A program made the position numbers and the translations under genes. Under the pieces are notes generated by a model that saw only the letters and a list, made by a program, of their open reading frames with translations, had not been told where the DNA came from and searched no databases. 64,000 bases of DNA from an uncultured cyanobacterium (lineage in GTDB: Bacteria; Cyanobacteriota; Cyanobacteriia; Phormidesmidales; Phormidesmidaceae): the NCBI GenBank assembly GCA_963793265.1, contig CAWBZI010000001.1, positions 224,001 through 288,000 on the forward strand, given 5' to 3'. How positions within the stretch are numbered: the first letter of the stretch is position 1; the number at the start of each line of letters is the position of its first letter. Below, one piece after another: positions 47,006-58,120 of this stretch.

Positions 47006-47881
47006 TTAGACAAACACGTCAGAACTCAGGTTTGTCGTGTCAACGCCTGTTAGTGTCAGCAAAACTTCTGAGGTGCTAGCTAAAAGAATATCGTTACCGA
47101 AGAAAGCGAGATCGCTATAGCTAATACTTCCGAATATCTGGATAGAGTCGCCAGAGAGTAAGTCAGTACTAAAGTCGGTAATGGTGTCAGCACCACCAGT
47201 AGTGCCAGCCTCAAGGGCAAAAGTATCCGACCCCGAGCCTCCGGTTAGCGTATCCTTGCCATTGCCGCCAAGGAGAAAGTCATCGCCTTCAGATCCAAAT
47301 AGAACATCGTCGCCATCGCCGCCCAGAAGCTCGTCATTGCCACTTTCACCAATCAGGCGGTCATCACCGCCATCACCAAGGATTGTGTCATTGCCGCTAC
47401 CGCCTGCGAGGATGTCACTATCATTGCCACCTGATAGGAAGTCATCGCCATTGCCGCCTAGCAAAAGGTCATTACCGTCGCCGCCGTAAAGGCCATCGTT
47501 ACCGTCATCACCGTTGAGTCGATCGTTACCGGCTGCGCCAAATAAAGCGTCGCTACCGCTGCCGCCGAAGAGAAGATCGTCACCGCCTTCTCCAATCAGG
47601 CGATCGCTGCCATTGCCACCAATGAGCGTATCTTGACCCCTGCCGCCTGCGAGCACGTCGTTGCCTTCGCCACCCTTTAAATTGTCGTTACCGTTGCCGC
47701 CGAGTAAGGTGTCGTCGCCACCGTTGCCAATCAGCGTGTCGTTACCGTTGTTGCCGTAAATAGTGTCAGCACCCTCACCGCCTTCTATCACATCATCGCC
47801 AGCGCTGCCTTGAATGGGCGTCACGATATCGGCAAGTAGATCGTTAGACGGGATGATTTCAGGAATAGTTGAAGTATCCAT
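47006..47881 (-). CDS. RTX/hemolysin-type Ca-binding repeat protein
   Basis: Almost entirely GGxGxDxL nonapeptides, with a GADTITDF C-terminal secretion-type tail. Confidence 0.9.
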   Translation of the reverse strand: MDTSTIPEIIPSNDLLADIVTPIQGSAGDDVIEGGEGADTIYGNNGNDTLIGNGGDDTLLGGNGNDNLKGGEGNDVLAGGRGQDTLIGGNGSDRLIGEGGDDLLFGGSGSDALFGAAGNDRLNGDDGNDGLYGGDGNDLLLGGNGDDFLSGGNDSDILAGGSGNDTILGDGGDDRLIGESGNDELLGGDGDDVLFGSEGDDFLLGGNGKDTLTGGSGSDTFALEAGTTGGADTITDFSTDLLSGDSIQIFGSISYSDLAFFGNDILLASTSEVLLTLTGVDTTNLSSDVFV

Positions 47882-48286
47882 ATTTAGATTGTTATTGTTT
47901 TAAGCGTTCAAATGGCTTAAGCGTGTTTAGCTACAAGAGCAGACAAGTTTTTTATTTTAGAAACGAATAATAGTTTCTAATAAGGACACCGCTTCTTTAG
48001 CAGAACGCCTGAAAGAAGGCATTCCGTACTAAAAGCAACTTTATCGCCCTGCATTTAAGCTGAAATGAAAGTCAGCAAAATACAGCGCCTCGTAGTCAAA
48101 ACGGTTAAAACACAGTCGTAGCAGCTAACTTTACTCAAGAGATGCTATAGATAAGTTCAACATTAGATAGACAATAATACTGAATTTATCAGATATTCCT
48201 GATACATAGGCACGATTAAACCACTGAGTTCACCGGCTCTTTGGATACACGCAATCATTCAGGCACTATCTTTATACGAAGGTAAA

Positions 48287-48331
48287 GCTTAAGAGAAGTC
48301 GCTTCTACAACAACCTTCTCTTAAGCCTTTT
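48287..48331 (+). terminator. Terminator-like hairpin in a divergent intergenic region
   Basis: GCTTAAGAGAAG / CTTCTCTTAAGC 12-bp stem followed by CTTTT. Confidence 0.45.
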
Positions 48332-48387
48332 ACTATGCATTTTTACTAACGCAGGCGCTACACTCGAATCTTAGCCCTACGGATATC

Positions 48388-49194
48388 TTGCTTTTGCCAG
48401 CCGACCTGTTTACGATTCATCGCCCTAATCACGCTGCCCTGCCGGTTGTGGCGAATTTGCCGCACAGTGGGCTCAAGCTACCAGATGCGATCGCTCAACA
48501 ATTCACCTTTGAGCATCGAAACACCCTGCCTAACTCCGACTGGCATCTACAGCAGCTCTACAGCTTTTTGCCGAGTTTGGGCATCACCGTCATGCAGGCA
48601 AACTATAGCCGCTATGTCGTCGACTTGAATCGGGCGCTCAAGCCACCTTTATTTGGCTCGTTTTGGTCAGCAGCAGTTCCTGAGCAAACGGCGTTCAAAA
48701 AACCTATCTATCAGGCGAGCAAACCCACCAAATTAGAGGTCAGAGCGCGCATTGATGAGTTCTACAGTCCCTATCATCAGCAGCTCACAGCCTTGTTAAA
48801 TGAGGCAGTTGCCCGGCACGGCAAAGTCTATCTACTAGATCTTCATAGCTTTATGGGATTGATCACCGATGACGTATGCCTGGGCAATGCCAACGGCAAA
48901 ACCTGCGCTGAAAGCCTAATTGACCAGGCCGCTGAGAGCTTTACGCAGCAGGGCTATCAAACTGTTAAGAATAAGGTTTTTACGGGCGGCTACATTACAC
49001 GCCACTATGGCGAGCAGCCTCAGGTAGACGCACTGCAAGTTGAGATTCGCTATCCCATTTATCTGCCAGACGATCAGCTAGAAGCAGAACAGATTTTGCA
49101 TATTCCTCATTGGCAGGGGCCAAAGTTTCTAGAAGCCCAAAATAAGCTTAAATCTGTGTTTGAAGCGATCGCGCAATCACTTCTACAGCCATAA
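48388..49194 (+). CDS. N-formylglutamate amidohydrolase family protein
   Basis: PHSG, DWHL, SRYVVDLNR, PYH, LDLHS, FTGGYITRHYG, ALQVEI. Confidence 0.9.
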   Translation: MLLPADLFTIHRPNHAALPVVANLPHSGLKLPDAIAQQFTFEHRNTLPNSDWHLQQLYSFLPSLGITVMQANYSRYVVDLNRALKPPLFGSFWSAAVPEQTAFKKPIYQASKPTKLEVRARIDEFYSPYHQQLTALLNEAVARHGKVYLLDLHSFMGLITDDVCLGNANGKTCAESLIDQAAESFTQQGYQTVKNKVFTGGYITRHYGEQPQVDALQVEIRYPIYLPDDQLEAEQILHIPHWQGPKFLEAQNKLKSVFEAIAQSLLQP

Positions 49195-49550
49195 CTTCAT
49201 CTGTTTAGGTTAAGAATCACTGCAAATCTTACAAATATATGCTGCAAGCAAAAAGGTAAAGCCTTATCGCGGCAGCTTTATAGCAACTTTACATAGGACA
49301 TAATTGCTTCATATCTTTTTTATGTAAGTAGCTGAGGTTACGTAGTATTACTTAATCAACGGTGTACTGTTTTGAATAATTATTACATCTAATTGATGTA
49401 AGGTTGTCTATCGGAAATTCAGCAACGGAACCATAACGTTTTATTGCCATCTTTAGATTTAGTCATAAGCGCTATGTCGTGGGCGCACTCAGAGCTGCTG
49501 GTAGTGGCTTTTCTCAATAGTTACGAGCGGGTTTTGCTCAAAGATTTGCC

Positions 49551-51953
49551 ATGGAAATTCCTAGCACTTTTATAGTTCGGCAGCCAGAGGCAGCAAAAAG
49601 TAGCGAAGATATTGACTTTCGTCGTTATTGGCAGGCTGTAAAGCGACGGTTGATTCCAGCTGCAGGGGTCAGCGCTGTTGTTTTGGCCCTGACTGCTGCC
49701 GCGATCGCCTCGCAAAAAGCCTCCTATACAGCGACTGGCAAGCTGCTGATGAAGCCCGACGAAATTCCCTCACTCACCGGGCTAGACTCTAGCGAGATGC
49801 GTGAGTTTGAACCGTTAACCATTCAAAGCAACCCGCTCAAAACAGAGATTGAAATTCTCAAATCGCAGCCGCTAATTCAAAAGGCCGTAGACCTGCTGAA
49901 CCTGAAAAACGCTGATGGCAGTGCTCCGCCAGCTAGCGCCGTGAGTTCTCAGCTAGAAGTGGACGTTTCAGGCGGCACAGACGTGCTCAAAGTGGCCTAT
50001 TCCTCAGATGACCCTGAGCTAGCTGCTGTGATGGTAAACACGCTGATGAAGCTGTATATCGCTAATAACATTGAGCTAAATCAGGCGGAAACGATTGCCG
50101 CTAGAGACTTTATCACCGATGAGCTGCCGAGTGCGGAAGATGCTGTGCAGCGGGCCGAACGTGCTCTTAGCGAGTTTAAGCAAAATAATCAGCTTGTCAC
50201 AATTGAAGATGAAGCCCGCTCAGCCGTTGAATTTGTGACCCGGCTAGATGAAAAGATTGCCTCTACACAGTCAGACTTAGCCAGCACCAATGCCCAAGTG
50301 TCAATTATTCAAAATCGCTTGGGCGTTTCAGCAGCCCAGGCAATTGACTTGAGCGCGGTTAGCCAGTCTCAGGGTGTGCAAGAGGCCTCGAGCGAGCTGC
50401 AAAGTTTAGAAACGCAGCTTACCGAAGCTCGCTCTTTCTTTAAAGACAGTAGTCCGCAGGTGATCGCCTTGCAAGAAAAGGTGAGTTCGCTGCGATCGCT
50501 TCTTAAACAGCGGGTTCAGCAGGTCGTAGGCCCGCAGGGAACGGTTGGTCAAAACCTCCAGATTGGTGAGCTAGAGCAAAGCCTGATTAACGAGTTTGTA
50601 GACTTAGAAGTTGAGCGGTTAGGACTCAATAGCCAGGTGTATGCGCTGGATTTGGCGCGGGGGTCTTACTCGCAGCGCATGAACGATTTGCCGGGGCTAG
50701 AGCGTCAGCAGAGGGTGCTAGAGCGGCGGCTAGACGCTGTGCAGGGAACTTACGAAACGCTGCTAACGAAGCTGCAAGAGCTGAAAACCACTGAGAATCA
50801 GTCTTTGGGCAATGCGCGCATTATTGAAGAAGCCAATGTGCCTAGTAGCGCGACGCTGAGTAAGAAGACGGTGGCAATGGGCTTAGGGGGCGGCACGCTG
50901 AGTTTGCTCGCGTTTGCGGCAACGGTGATGCTGTTGGAGAGCCGCGATCGCACCATAAAAACCACCGAAGAACTCAAAAAAATATACGGCTGCGATCTCT
51001 TAGAGACTATTCCTCAGACTGTTCCTAAAGGAGAGCTGATCCAAAAAAATACCAGCCGCAGCTTCGACGCTGGTCATACTGAACATTTACCCGTATCAAT
51101 AGACACGTTAGTCAGCGTGAGGGACTACCCGCGATCGCTCATCAGTGAGGTGTACCGTTCGCTACAGGTGAAGCTGCAATATTTCAATGAGATTCGCTCT
51201 TTTAAGGCGATCGCAGTCGTCAGCGCCACGCCCGAAGAAAACTGCTCAATAGTCGCGGCAAATCTAGCTATGGCAACCGCCGAGCTAAAGCAGAGGATTT
51301 TACTGATTGATGGTAACTTACGCAGCCCTAATCAGGCCGCACTCTGGCACTTATCAAGCGATATGGCCGATCCGCTATCGAATGAAATGCCGGGCCGTAA
51401 TGAGGTGGGCCTGAGCGATGTGCTACAGGGTGAAACGTCGCTACAGTCGGCTATCAGGCAGGTAAACAGCCACCTGTGGGTGCTGCCTGCTGGGCACGAG
51501 CCGCCCTCACCGCTGGCTTTGTTGCGATCGCCCAAAATGCAGGCGCTGATGCGAGCGGTAGCCCAGAACTTTGACGCCGTAATTATTGATACGCCTTCTT
51601 TACTGTCTGCGCCCGATGGCCTGGTGCTTGGCAAACTGGCCGATGGCGTGGTGGTCGTGAGCCAGCTTGGCAAAGTAGAGCGGGCAAACCTGGTGGCTGC
51701 GAGTGATTCGCTCAAGAAGTCGCATCAGAGCGTGTTGGGACTGGTGATTACTGAAACCGCTGCGAAAGATCAGACGGGCGATCGCTGGCTATACGAACCT
51801 TCGCCTGCGGGTCATCTGCCGTCACGGGTCGGATCGTCGCAAGCTGGGAGCCAGAACGGCCCAGCAGACGTTTCGGCTGAAAGCTTACAGCTCAGCTTTC
51901 CCGACGCTTCAAGCAACGGTAGACCAAACAACAGGCCAAATAACAGCGGCTAA
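49551..51953 (+). CDS. Wzc/GumC co-polymerase with degenerate kinase domain
   Basis: Same architecture as 30314-32608, but Walker A reads SATPEENCS and there is no C-terminal Tyr cluster. Confidence 0.88.
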   Translation: MEIPSTFIVRQPEAAKSSEDIDFRRYWQAVKRRLIPAAGVSAVVLALTAAAIASQKASYTATGKLLMKPDEIPSLTGLDSSEMREFEPLTIQSNPLKTEIEILKSQPLIQKAVDLLNLKNADGSAPPASAVSSQLEVDVSGGTDVLKVAYSSDDPELAAVMVNTLMKLYIANNIELNQAETIAARDFITDELPSAEDAVQRAERALSEFKQNNQLVTIEDEARSAVEFVTRLDEKIASTQSDLASTNAQVSIIQNRLGVSAAQAIDLSAVSQSQGVQEASSELQSLETQLTEARSFFKDSSPQVIALQEKVSSLRSLLKQRVQQVVGPQGTVGQNLQIGELEQSLINEFVDLEVERLGLNSQVYALDLARGSYSQRMNDLPGLERQQRVLERRLDAVQGTYETLLTKLQELKTTENQSLGNARIIEEANVPSSATLSKKTVAMGLGGGTLSLLAFAATVMLLESRDRTIKTTEELKKIYGCDLLETIPQTVPKGELIQKNTSRSFDAGHTEHLPVSIDTLVSVRDYPRSLISEVYRSLQVKLQYFNEIRSFKAIAVVSATPEENCSIVAANLAMATAELKQRILLIDGNLRSPNQAALWHLSSDMADPLSNEMPGRNEVGLSDVLQGETSLQSAIRQVNSHLWVLPAGHEPPSPLALLRSPKMQALMRAVAQNFDAVIIDTPSLLSAPDGLVLGKLADGVVVVSQLGKVERANLVAASDSLKKSHQSVLGLVITETAAKDQTGDRWLYEPSPAGHLPSRVGSSQAGSQNGPADVSAESLQLSFPDASSNGRPNNRPNNSG

Positions 51954-52012
51954 AGCAGTCCTAGCAATAGCAGCTTTAAAAACCGCAACAGTAAGTAACA
52001 GGAAGAAACGCC

Positions 52013-53293
52013 ATGTCGCTGCCAAAACTATCTGAACAAATATTCGCAGTGCTCGTTCTTTTCTTTTACACAGGCGGAATCGCCCCTTTTATCGGTGCAG
52101 GACATCCCTTAGCACCGCTGCTTTTGGTGCTGCCACACGCAGCGGCTTTAGTCACGCTGCTGCTGCTCTTGTTGAACTGGCAGCAGGCCATCAAAACGCT
52201 GATTCGCACGCCGCTGCTATGGCTGTTGATGCTGGTGGTCGCCGTCTCTCCCTTTTGGTCTGATGTGCCAAACGCAACCGTAAGTGAGATACTGGCGCTG
52301 CTGCGCGTCACGTTGTTTAGCCTTTATTTAGCCACTCGCTATTCTCTCAAAGAGACTTTGCAGCTTGTAGCCTGGGCGCTAGGAATTGCCGCCGCCCTAA
52401 GCTTAGTATTCGGTGCTGTGCTGCCTAGCTATGGCGTTATGGGCCGAGGCTACATCGGGCAGTTTCAAGATTGGGCGCACGAGGGCTCGTGGCGAGGAAT
52501 TTACGTTCATAAAACAGAGCTAGGCACGTTTATGGCGCTAGCAATGCTGGTGTGCGCCTATTTGCTGAGCTGGAAAAACATGCTGAGGCCGCTGGCCTGG
52601 GTGACGTTAGCGATCGCCTCTCTGGTGCTACTCATGTCTACTACCAAAGCGGCCTTAGCCATTGTTTTCATCGTCTTTATGTGCGTCCCTCTCTATCGCT
52701 CTGTTCGCTGGCGGCCCACGCGGCTCATTCTCTTTTCGTCGGTCAGCATCTCTCTTTTAGCTGCAGCTATTCTAGGCTTTGTTGCAAACGCTCCGGCTAT
52801 TCTCGCCGCCTTTGGTCGCAACACCACGCTCAGCGGTCGAACAGAATTTTGGCCGCTGATTATAGACAATATCGGTCAAAGGCTGTGGCTCGGCTATGGC
52901 TATCACACCTTTTGGCTCAATGGCTGGGAAGGCAACGCGGCAAACGTGTGGGTGTATTTGCCACAGGGGTTCGAGCCGCCTCACGCTCACAACGGCTATC
53001 TCGATATTTTATTGGGATTGGGCGTGATTGGCTTTGCTGTATTTTTGCTTAATCTTGCAAACTATAGCTGGCAGGCGTTTCGCTGGGCGCGCGCGCATCC
53101 TAACATCGAGGGCCTAGTGCCGCTCCTGTTTCTTACTTTCATGGTGCTGGTGAATATCACTGAGAGTCTGTGGATGAATGGAGATTTTTTATGGATTTGC
53201 TTTAGCACGATGTCTTTAGCGATCGCCCAAAAGCCTCAGACGCTGCCCCACTGGGAAATTTACCCGCTACCCGAGGAGGGCGCTTATGTTTAA
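52013..53293 (+). CDS. O-antigen ligase/Wzy-family (ExoQ-like) polymerase
   Basis: WRGIYVHKTELG, TLSGRTEFW, LGYGY, PHAHNGYLD. Confidence 0.88.
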   Translation: MSLPKLSEQIFAVLVLFFYTGGIAPFIGAGHPLAPLLLVLPHAAALVTLLLLLLNWQQAIKTLIRTPLLWLLMLVVAVSPFWSDVPNATVSEILALLRVTLFSLYLATRYSLKETLQLVAWALGIAAALSLVFGAVLPSYGVMGRGYIGQFQDWAHEGSWRGIYVHKTELGTFMALAMLVCAYLLSWKNMLRPLAWVTLAIASLVLLMSTTKAALAIVFIVFMCVPLYRSVRWRPTRLILFSSVSISLLAAAILGFVANAPAILAAFGRNTTLSGRTEFWPLIIDNIGQRLWLGYGYHTFWLNGWEGNAANVWVYLPQGFEPPHAHNGYLDILLGLGVIGFAVFLLNLANYSWQAFRWARAHPNIEGLVPLLFLTFMVLVNITESLWMNGDFLWICFSTMSLAIAQKPQTLPHWEIYPLPEEGAYV

Positions 53294-54611
53294 AGGCAAA
53301 CTAAAACAGCTATTGCAGCCGCTCTCTAGCCTGTTCAAAAGACTCCTCTCAGACAAATTTATCCGCAACATGGGAGCCCTCGTTGGCGGTGAAGCCATTA
53401 GCCGAGTCTTCCGCTTAGCCCTCGTTGTTTTCATCGCCCGCCTGCTCAGCCCCTATGACTACGGTCTAGCAGCCATCATTCTCACCGTCAAAGAATTTGC
53501 CACCACCTTCACCATGCGCGGCGGCATCACCGGCAAACTCATCCAGGCCGACGAAAGCGATCTGCCTCAAATCACAAACACCGCCTACTGGCTCAACTGG
53601 ATCTTTTGCATTGCCTTATTTATACTTCAGTGCGCCCTAGCCTTTCCGATTGCCTGGTTCTACAAAGACAGCTTTTTAATCTGGCCGATTATCGTTGTTG
53701 GCACTAGCTACCTTGCCATCCCAATATATTCAGTACAAATGTCTCTAATCGAGCGAGACAACCGGCTTCAGGTCGTCGCCGCCGCTATTACCTTACAAAC
53801 CATGGGCGCGAACCTATGCACGCTGGGATTGGCCCTAGCCGGTCAGGGCGTTTGGTCATTGGTTTTACCAGGCGTGATTTTAGGCCCTATTATTCAAATA
53901 TACTGCGCCTATCGCTACCATAGCTGGCGACCTACCGGAAAATTCACCCTGGCACGCTGGCAAGAGATTATGACCTTTGGCTCAGGGGTTGTGGGCGCGC
54001 AGCTACTCGATAAGCTCAGAGCAAATTTGGACTATCTGCTGGTGGGTAGATTCTTAGGCGTTGAAGTTCTCGGACTTTATTACTTCGCATTTTCTGCCGG
54101 GCTAGGGATCAGTCTTAGTATTATTGACAAGTTTACCTGGGCACAGTTCCCGTACATTTGTGAAGCTCGAAGCAATCTCGTAGAGTTCAAACGCAGATAC
54201 TTTAAGAGTATGAAGCTGATCGCCTATATCATTGTTCCTCTGGTGGTTTTGCAGTCGGCTCTTGCGCCCTTCTACATTCCAGTTGTCTTTGGCGAGCAGT
54301 GGCGTCCCGCCATTCCGGTGATGATTCTAATTTGTCTATCGGCCATTCCTCGGCCCTTTGGCTACGCCGCAGGTCGCCTGCTGCAAGCGATTGATAGAAC
54401 AGACTTGGACGTAAAGTGGAATCTCATATTCACGGTTATCTTTGCCGGGCTGCTGCTAGCTGTGGTTAATGCAGGCATCGTGCCGGTTGCCGCGACCGTT
54501 TTGATTGTTCATGTTGTCGCTATTTCTATCTTTGTGATATGGGTCAATCAGTTTGTTTTCAAGCGATCCAATAAATCTTTTATACCCCGCTCTGAACCGC
54601 CCACGCTGTAA
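53286..54611 (+). CDS. wzx: Wzx flippase
   Basis: ARLLSPYDYGLAAI, GVWSLVLP, NLDYLLVGRFLG, LGLYYFAF, FGEQW. Confidence 0.9.
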   Translation: MFKGKLKQLLQPLSSLFKRLLSDKFIRNMGALVGGEAISRVFRLALVVFIARLLSPYDYGLAAIILTVKEFATTFTMRGGITGKLIQADESDLPQITNTAYWLNWIFCIALFILQCALAFPIAWFYKDSFLIWPIIVVGTSYLAIPIYSVQMSLIERDNRLQVVAAAITLQTMGANLCTLGLALAGQGVWSLVLPGVILGPIIQIYCAYRYHSWRPTGKFTLARWQEIMTFGSGVVGAQLLDKLRANLDYLLVGRFLGVEVLGLYYFAFSAGLGISLSIIDKFTWAQFPYICEARSNLVEFKRRYFKSMKLIAYIIVPLVVLQSALAPFYIPVVFGEQWRPAIPVMILICLSAIPRPFGYAAGRLLQAIDRTDLDVKWNLIFTVIFAGLLLAVVNAGIVPVAATVLIVHVVAISIFVIWVNQFVFKRSNKSFIPRSEPPTL

Positions 54612-54641
54612 TGTCCATCGCGATAAAACCGTGATAAAACT

Positions 54642-55532
54642 ATGAAACCGACCCTGTATTTAGTTGGCGTACCCAAAGCCGCGACTTCAGCGCTGGCAGG
54701 CTGCATGGGAGCCCATCCCCAAATCAATATTTGCAGCATTAAAGAGCCTAACTTTCACTGCACTGATTTTGCGATCGCTAAACCCAAAACAGAACAAGAG
54801 TATCTCTCCCTGTTTGATCCTGACAAGCACACAGAATATCTGCTCGACGCCTCAATTTTGAGTATGCATTCAAAAGCAGCCGCAGCCTCTATTGCCAGCT
54901 ACGCGCCGAATGCAAAAATAGTAGTAATGCTCAGAAACCCTGCTGAGGTGATGTATTCCTGGCACGGCCAAATGCTCTACACTGCGAACGAAACCATTCC
55001 AGATTTTGAGCAAGCGCTAGCTGCCGAAAGTGAGAGAAAGCAGGGGCGAATGATTCCTCAAGCAGGCACCGCCAAAGACTGCCCGCAGCTTCTGTTCTAT
55101 CGGGAGCTGACAGACTATGCCCTGCAGCTAGAACGCTACTTCAAGCTATTTCATTCAGACCAAATACACATCGCTTTCTACGAAGACTTCAAGCAAAGCC
55201 CAGAAGCTGTCTTTAGTGGAATCATTCAGTTTCTAGAGCTAGACAACACCTTCCAGCCTGACTTCAGAGTCTCCAACGACTCCACCAAAGGCCGCAAAAG
55301 CTGGAAACTACACTACTTAATAAAAAAAGCCTTTGCAGCCCCCGCTCAAGCGCTTTTACCTGCGCAGCTCCGGTTAGATCTCATTATGTTCTACAACCGA
55401 TTGAACAACCAAAAACAAGCGCGTCTACCGCTAGATCCTGATCTTAAAAAGGCGCTGATAGCAGAGGCTTCGCCAGGCATTGAGAGGCTCGGCGCGCTGC
55501 TTAATAAAGACATGAGTAGCTGGTATGTCTAA
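54642..55532 (+). CDS. Sulfotransferase
   Basis: LVGVPKAATSAL, KEPNF, MLRNP..VMYSW, FYEDF. Confidence 0.88.
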   Translation: MKPTLYLVGVPKAATSALAGCMGAHPQINICSIKEPNFHCTDFAIAKPKTEQEYLSLFDPDKHTEYLLDASILSMHSKAAAASIASYAPNAKIVVMLRNPAEVMYSWHGQMLYTANETIPDFEQALAAESERKQGRMIPQAGTAKDCPQLLFYRELTDYALQLERYFKLFHSDQIHIAFYEDFKQSPEAVFSGIIQFLELDNTFQPDFRVSNDSTKGRKSWKLHYLIKKAFAAPAQALLPAQLRLDLIMFYNRLNNQKQARLPLDPDLKKALIAEASPGIERLGALLNKDMSSWYV

Positions 55533-55604
55533 GCGATTGAACCAAAGATTTTATGCCTGTTAAAACTAGCCTAACCGTTACCCTCTCTCTTCTTTGATAA
55601 TCCT

Positions 55605-56954
55605 ATGACGACTTCTACACGCATCGACAGCAGCCTCGCCCAGCAAAACGACTCTATCCAGCGTCCTACCTCAAAGATTAAGGTGCTGCTGATTGCTGAG
55701 AGGGCTAACCCTGAGTACACCAGCATTCCCCTTACGGGCTGGTGCCACAGTCGGGCTGTAGCTGATTTGGCAGATGTTCACGTGGTCACACAGCACTGGA
55801 ACGGGCCTGCCTTTTTACGGGCAGGCTTTAGTGATTTCACCGGCATTAACACCTCGATCGTGCACGAGCCAATGAAGCTGCTGATCGCCGCATTGCGGGG
55901 TGGTAAAGGGAAAGGGTGGACAGTAGATACTGCGCTTTCAGCTTTGGAGTATTACTACTTTGAGATGATGCTGTGGCGAAAGTTTGGAAGTCGTATCAAA
56001 TCTGGCGAGTTCGATATTGTACACCGCCTGATTCCGAGCACACCTACAGCCGCTAGCCTAATTGCGAGTAAGTGCAAAAAAGCAGGCGTGCCCTTTGTGA
56101 TTGGGCCCATTACCGGCGGACTGCCCTGGCCGGAAGAATTTAGGGCAGTGAAGCGAAAAGAGAAAGAGTGGCTTTCTAATATTCGAGAGATTTATCGCTA
56201 TATGCCTGGCTACAAGTCCACTAGAGAGAATGCGGCGGCGATTATGGTGGGCTCGCAGTCGAATATGACGCAGGTAGAGCCGCGCTATCAGGACAAATGC
56301 GTTTATATTCCTAGCAATGCAATTGATATTGAACGGTTTCACCGTCAGCGACAGCCGTCTAGTCAGCTTCCGTTGAAAGCTGTTTTTATTGGCAGGCTGG
56401 TGCCCTACAAAGGGGCGGATATGCTGATTGAAGCGGCTGCGCCTTTGCTGAAGTCGGGCCAGATGACGCTGGAGATTATTGGGGACGGGCCAGAGCGAGA
56501 AGCTTTAGAAAGGCAGATTCAGGCGGCAGGATTAACGGAGGCAGTTGAGATGGTGGGGCAGCTTCCGCAAACTGAGCTGCAAGATAGGCTGGTGAAAGCG
56601 GATGTTTTCACATTTCCAAGTATCCGAGAGTTTGGCGGGGCGGTGGTGATTGAGGCAATGGCGATCGGGGTAGTGCCGGTAGTGGTGGACTACGGGGGGC
56701 CTGCTGAGATGGTGACTGAATCTACTGGGTTTAAGGTGCCGATAGGGGCGCGATCGCAGATTGTTGCAGACGTGCGGAAGGTGTTAGAGGAGCTAGTGAG
56801 AAACCCTGAGCAGATCGATCGGCTAGGAAAGAATGCTCGGCAACGGGTGCTAGATAAGTTTACTTGGGAGGTGAAGGCCGAGCAGACGGTGGAGGTGTAT
56901 CGGTGGGTGGTCGAGGAGAATTTTTCTAAGCCTGAGTATGACTATGTTAGCTAG
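55605..56954 (+). CDS. GT4 glycosyltransferase
   Basis: FIGRLVPYKG, FPSIREFGGAVVIEAMA. Confidence 0.92.
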   Translation: MTTSTRIDSSLAQQNDSIQRPTSKIKVLLIAERANPEYTSIPLTGWCHSRAVADLADVHVVTQHWNGPAFLRAGFSDFTGINTSIVHEPMKLLIAALRGGKGKGWTVDTALSALEYYYFEMMLWRKFGSRIKSGEFDIVHRLIPSTPTAASLIASKCKKAGVPFVIGPITGGLPWPEEFRAVKRKEKEWLSNIREIYRYMPGYKSTRENAAAIMVGSQSNMTQVEPRYQDKCVYIPSNAIDIERFHRQRQPSSQLPLKAVFIGRLVPYKGADMLIEAAAPLLKSGQMTLEIIGDGPEREALERQIQAAGLTEAVEMVGQLPQTELQDRLVKADVFTFPSIREFGGAVVIEAMAIGVVPVVVDYGGPAEMVTESTGFKVPIGARSQIVADVRKVLEELVRNPEQIDRLGKNARQRVLDKFTWEVKAEQTVEVYRWVVEENFSKPEYDYVS

Positions 56955-57006
56955 GCTGCGCCTACAGTTCATTTTCAGTAATGTCGTTTCTCAATCTGGT
57001 TGAAAG

Positions 57007-57963
57007 ATGCCTTTAGTTTCTGTTGTTGTTCCAGCCTATAATTCCGAAAAAACAGTGGTTGAAACGGTTCAGTCTGTTTTGCAGCAAACCCTGACGGATT
57101 TTGAGCTGATTGTGATTAATGATGGCTCTACCGATGGCACCTTGGAACGGTTGAGAGCGATCGCAGATCCACGCCTACAGGTGCTCTCCTATGACAACGG
57201 TGGCCTTGCAACCGCCCGCAATCGCGGCATTGAGCGGGCAACGGGTAATTTCATCACGTTTATCGATGCCGACGACTTGTGGACGCCTGAAAAGCTAGCG
57301 CTTCAGGTCGCAGCCCTACAAAATTCGCCAGCAGCGGGTGTTGCCTATAGCTGGACGCGAGCAATGGATCATTCAGGCCAGCTATTTTACGAAGGCAGTT
57401 CGGCTAGCTACTCAGGGGATGTGTACGAGCCGCTGGTGCGATGTAATTTTATCACCAGCGGCTCGAACGTCATGATCACGCGCGCGGCCTTAACCTCAGC
57501 AGGCGTCTTTGATAGTACGCTGCGCTACTGCGAAGACTGGGACTACTACCTGCGTTTGGCGCGCGATTGGCCCTTTGTCGTGGTGCCTCAGTATCAAATT
57601 TTGTACCGACAAACAACAGGTTCACTTTCAACGAATGTGGCAAAAATGGAGGCGGCTTATGAACGGGTGTGCGACCAGGCCTTTCAAAACGTTCCAGCTC
57701 ACATCAGCGCCCTCAAACCCGAGTGCCTGGCTCACGTAAACCAGTATCTCACCCAGCTCTGTCTTAAAAGCCCAGAAAAGAAAGAAAACCTACGTCACGC
57801 TACTGCCAAACTCTGGAAAGCCACGCGCCTCTACCCTCGCATCCTTTTAGAATCAAAAACACAAAAGCTATTGATCAAGCTAGCTATTCTTTGGCTTTCG
57901 CCCACAGGCGGCCATAAGCTGCTCAAACGTATCAGCGAAGAAAGGGGGTCTGAATATGCTTAG
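57007..57963 (+). CDS. GT2 glycosyltransferase
   Basis: VSVVVPAYN, INDGSTD, FIDADD, EDWD. Confidence 0.93.
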   Translation: MPLVSVVVPAYNSEKTVVETVQSVLQQTLTDFELIVINDGSTDGTLERLRAIADPRLQVLSYDNGGLATARNRGIERATGNFITFIDADDLWTPEKLALQVAALQNSPAAGVAYSWTRAMDHSGQLFYEGSSASYSGDVYEPLVRCNFITSGSNVMITRAALTSAGVFDSTLRYCEDWDYYLRLARDWPFVVVPQYQILYRQTTGSLSTNVAKMEAAYERVCDQAFQNVPAHISALKPECLAHVNQYLTQLCLKSPEKKENLRHATAKLWKATRLYPRILLESKTQKLLIKLAILWLSPTGGHKLLKRISEERGSEYA

Positions 57964-58120
57964 CCTTCGCCCGCGCTTACCTCCCTAGCAGCATACTAAC
58001 ACCTTCAAAAATAAAGTCTCAAATCAGCCGCTTTATAGCTTTATATAAACGTCCAACAGCCAATTCAACAGCCAGAAAGCCCCCATCAGCTCATCTATAA
58101 TTTTCAAATGGACAAATCCA

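Noticed and set aside
47181..47489. Pro/Ser-rich ORFs opposite RTX genes (also 24933-25217)
   Set aside because: Antisense translation of GGxGxD repeats.
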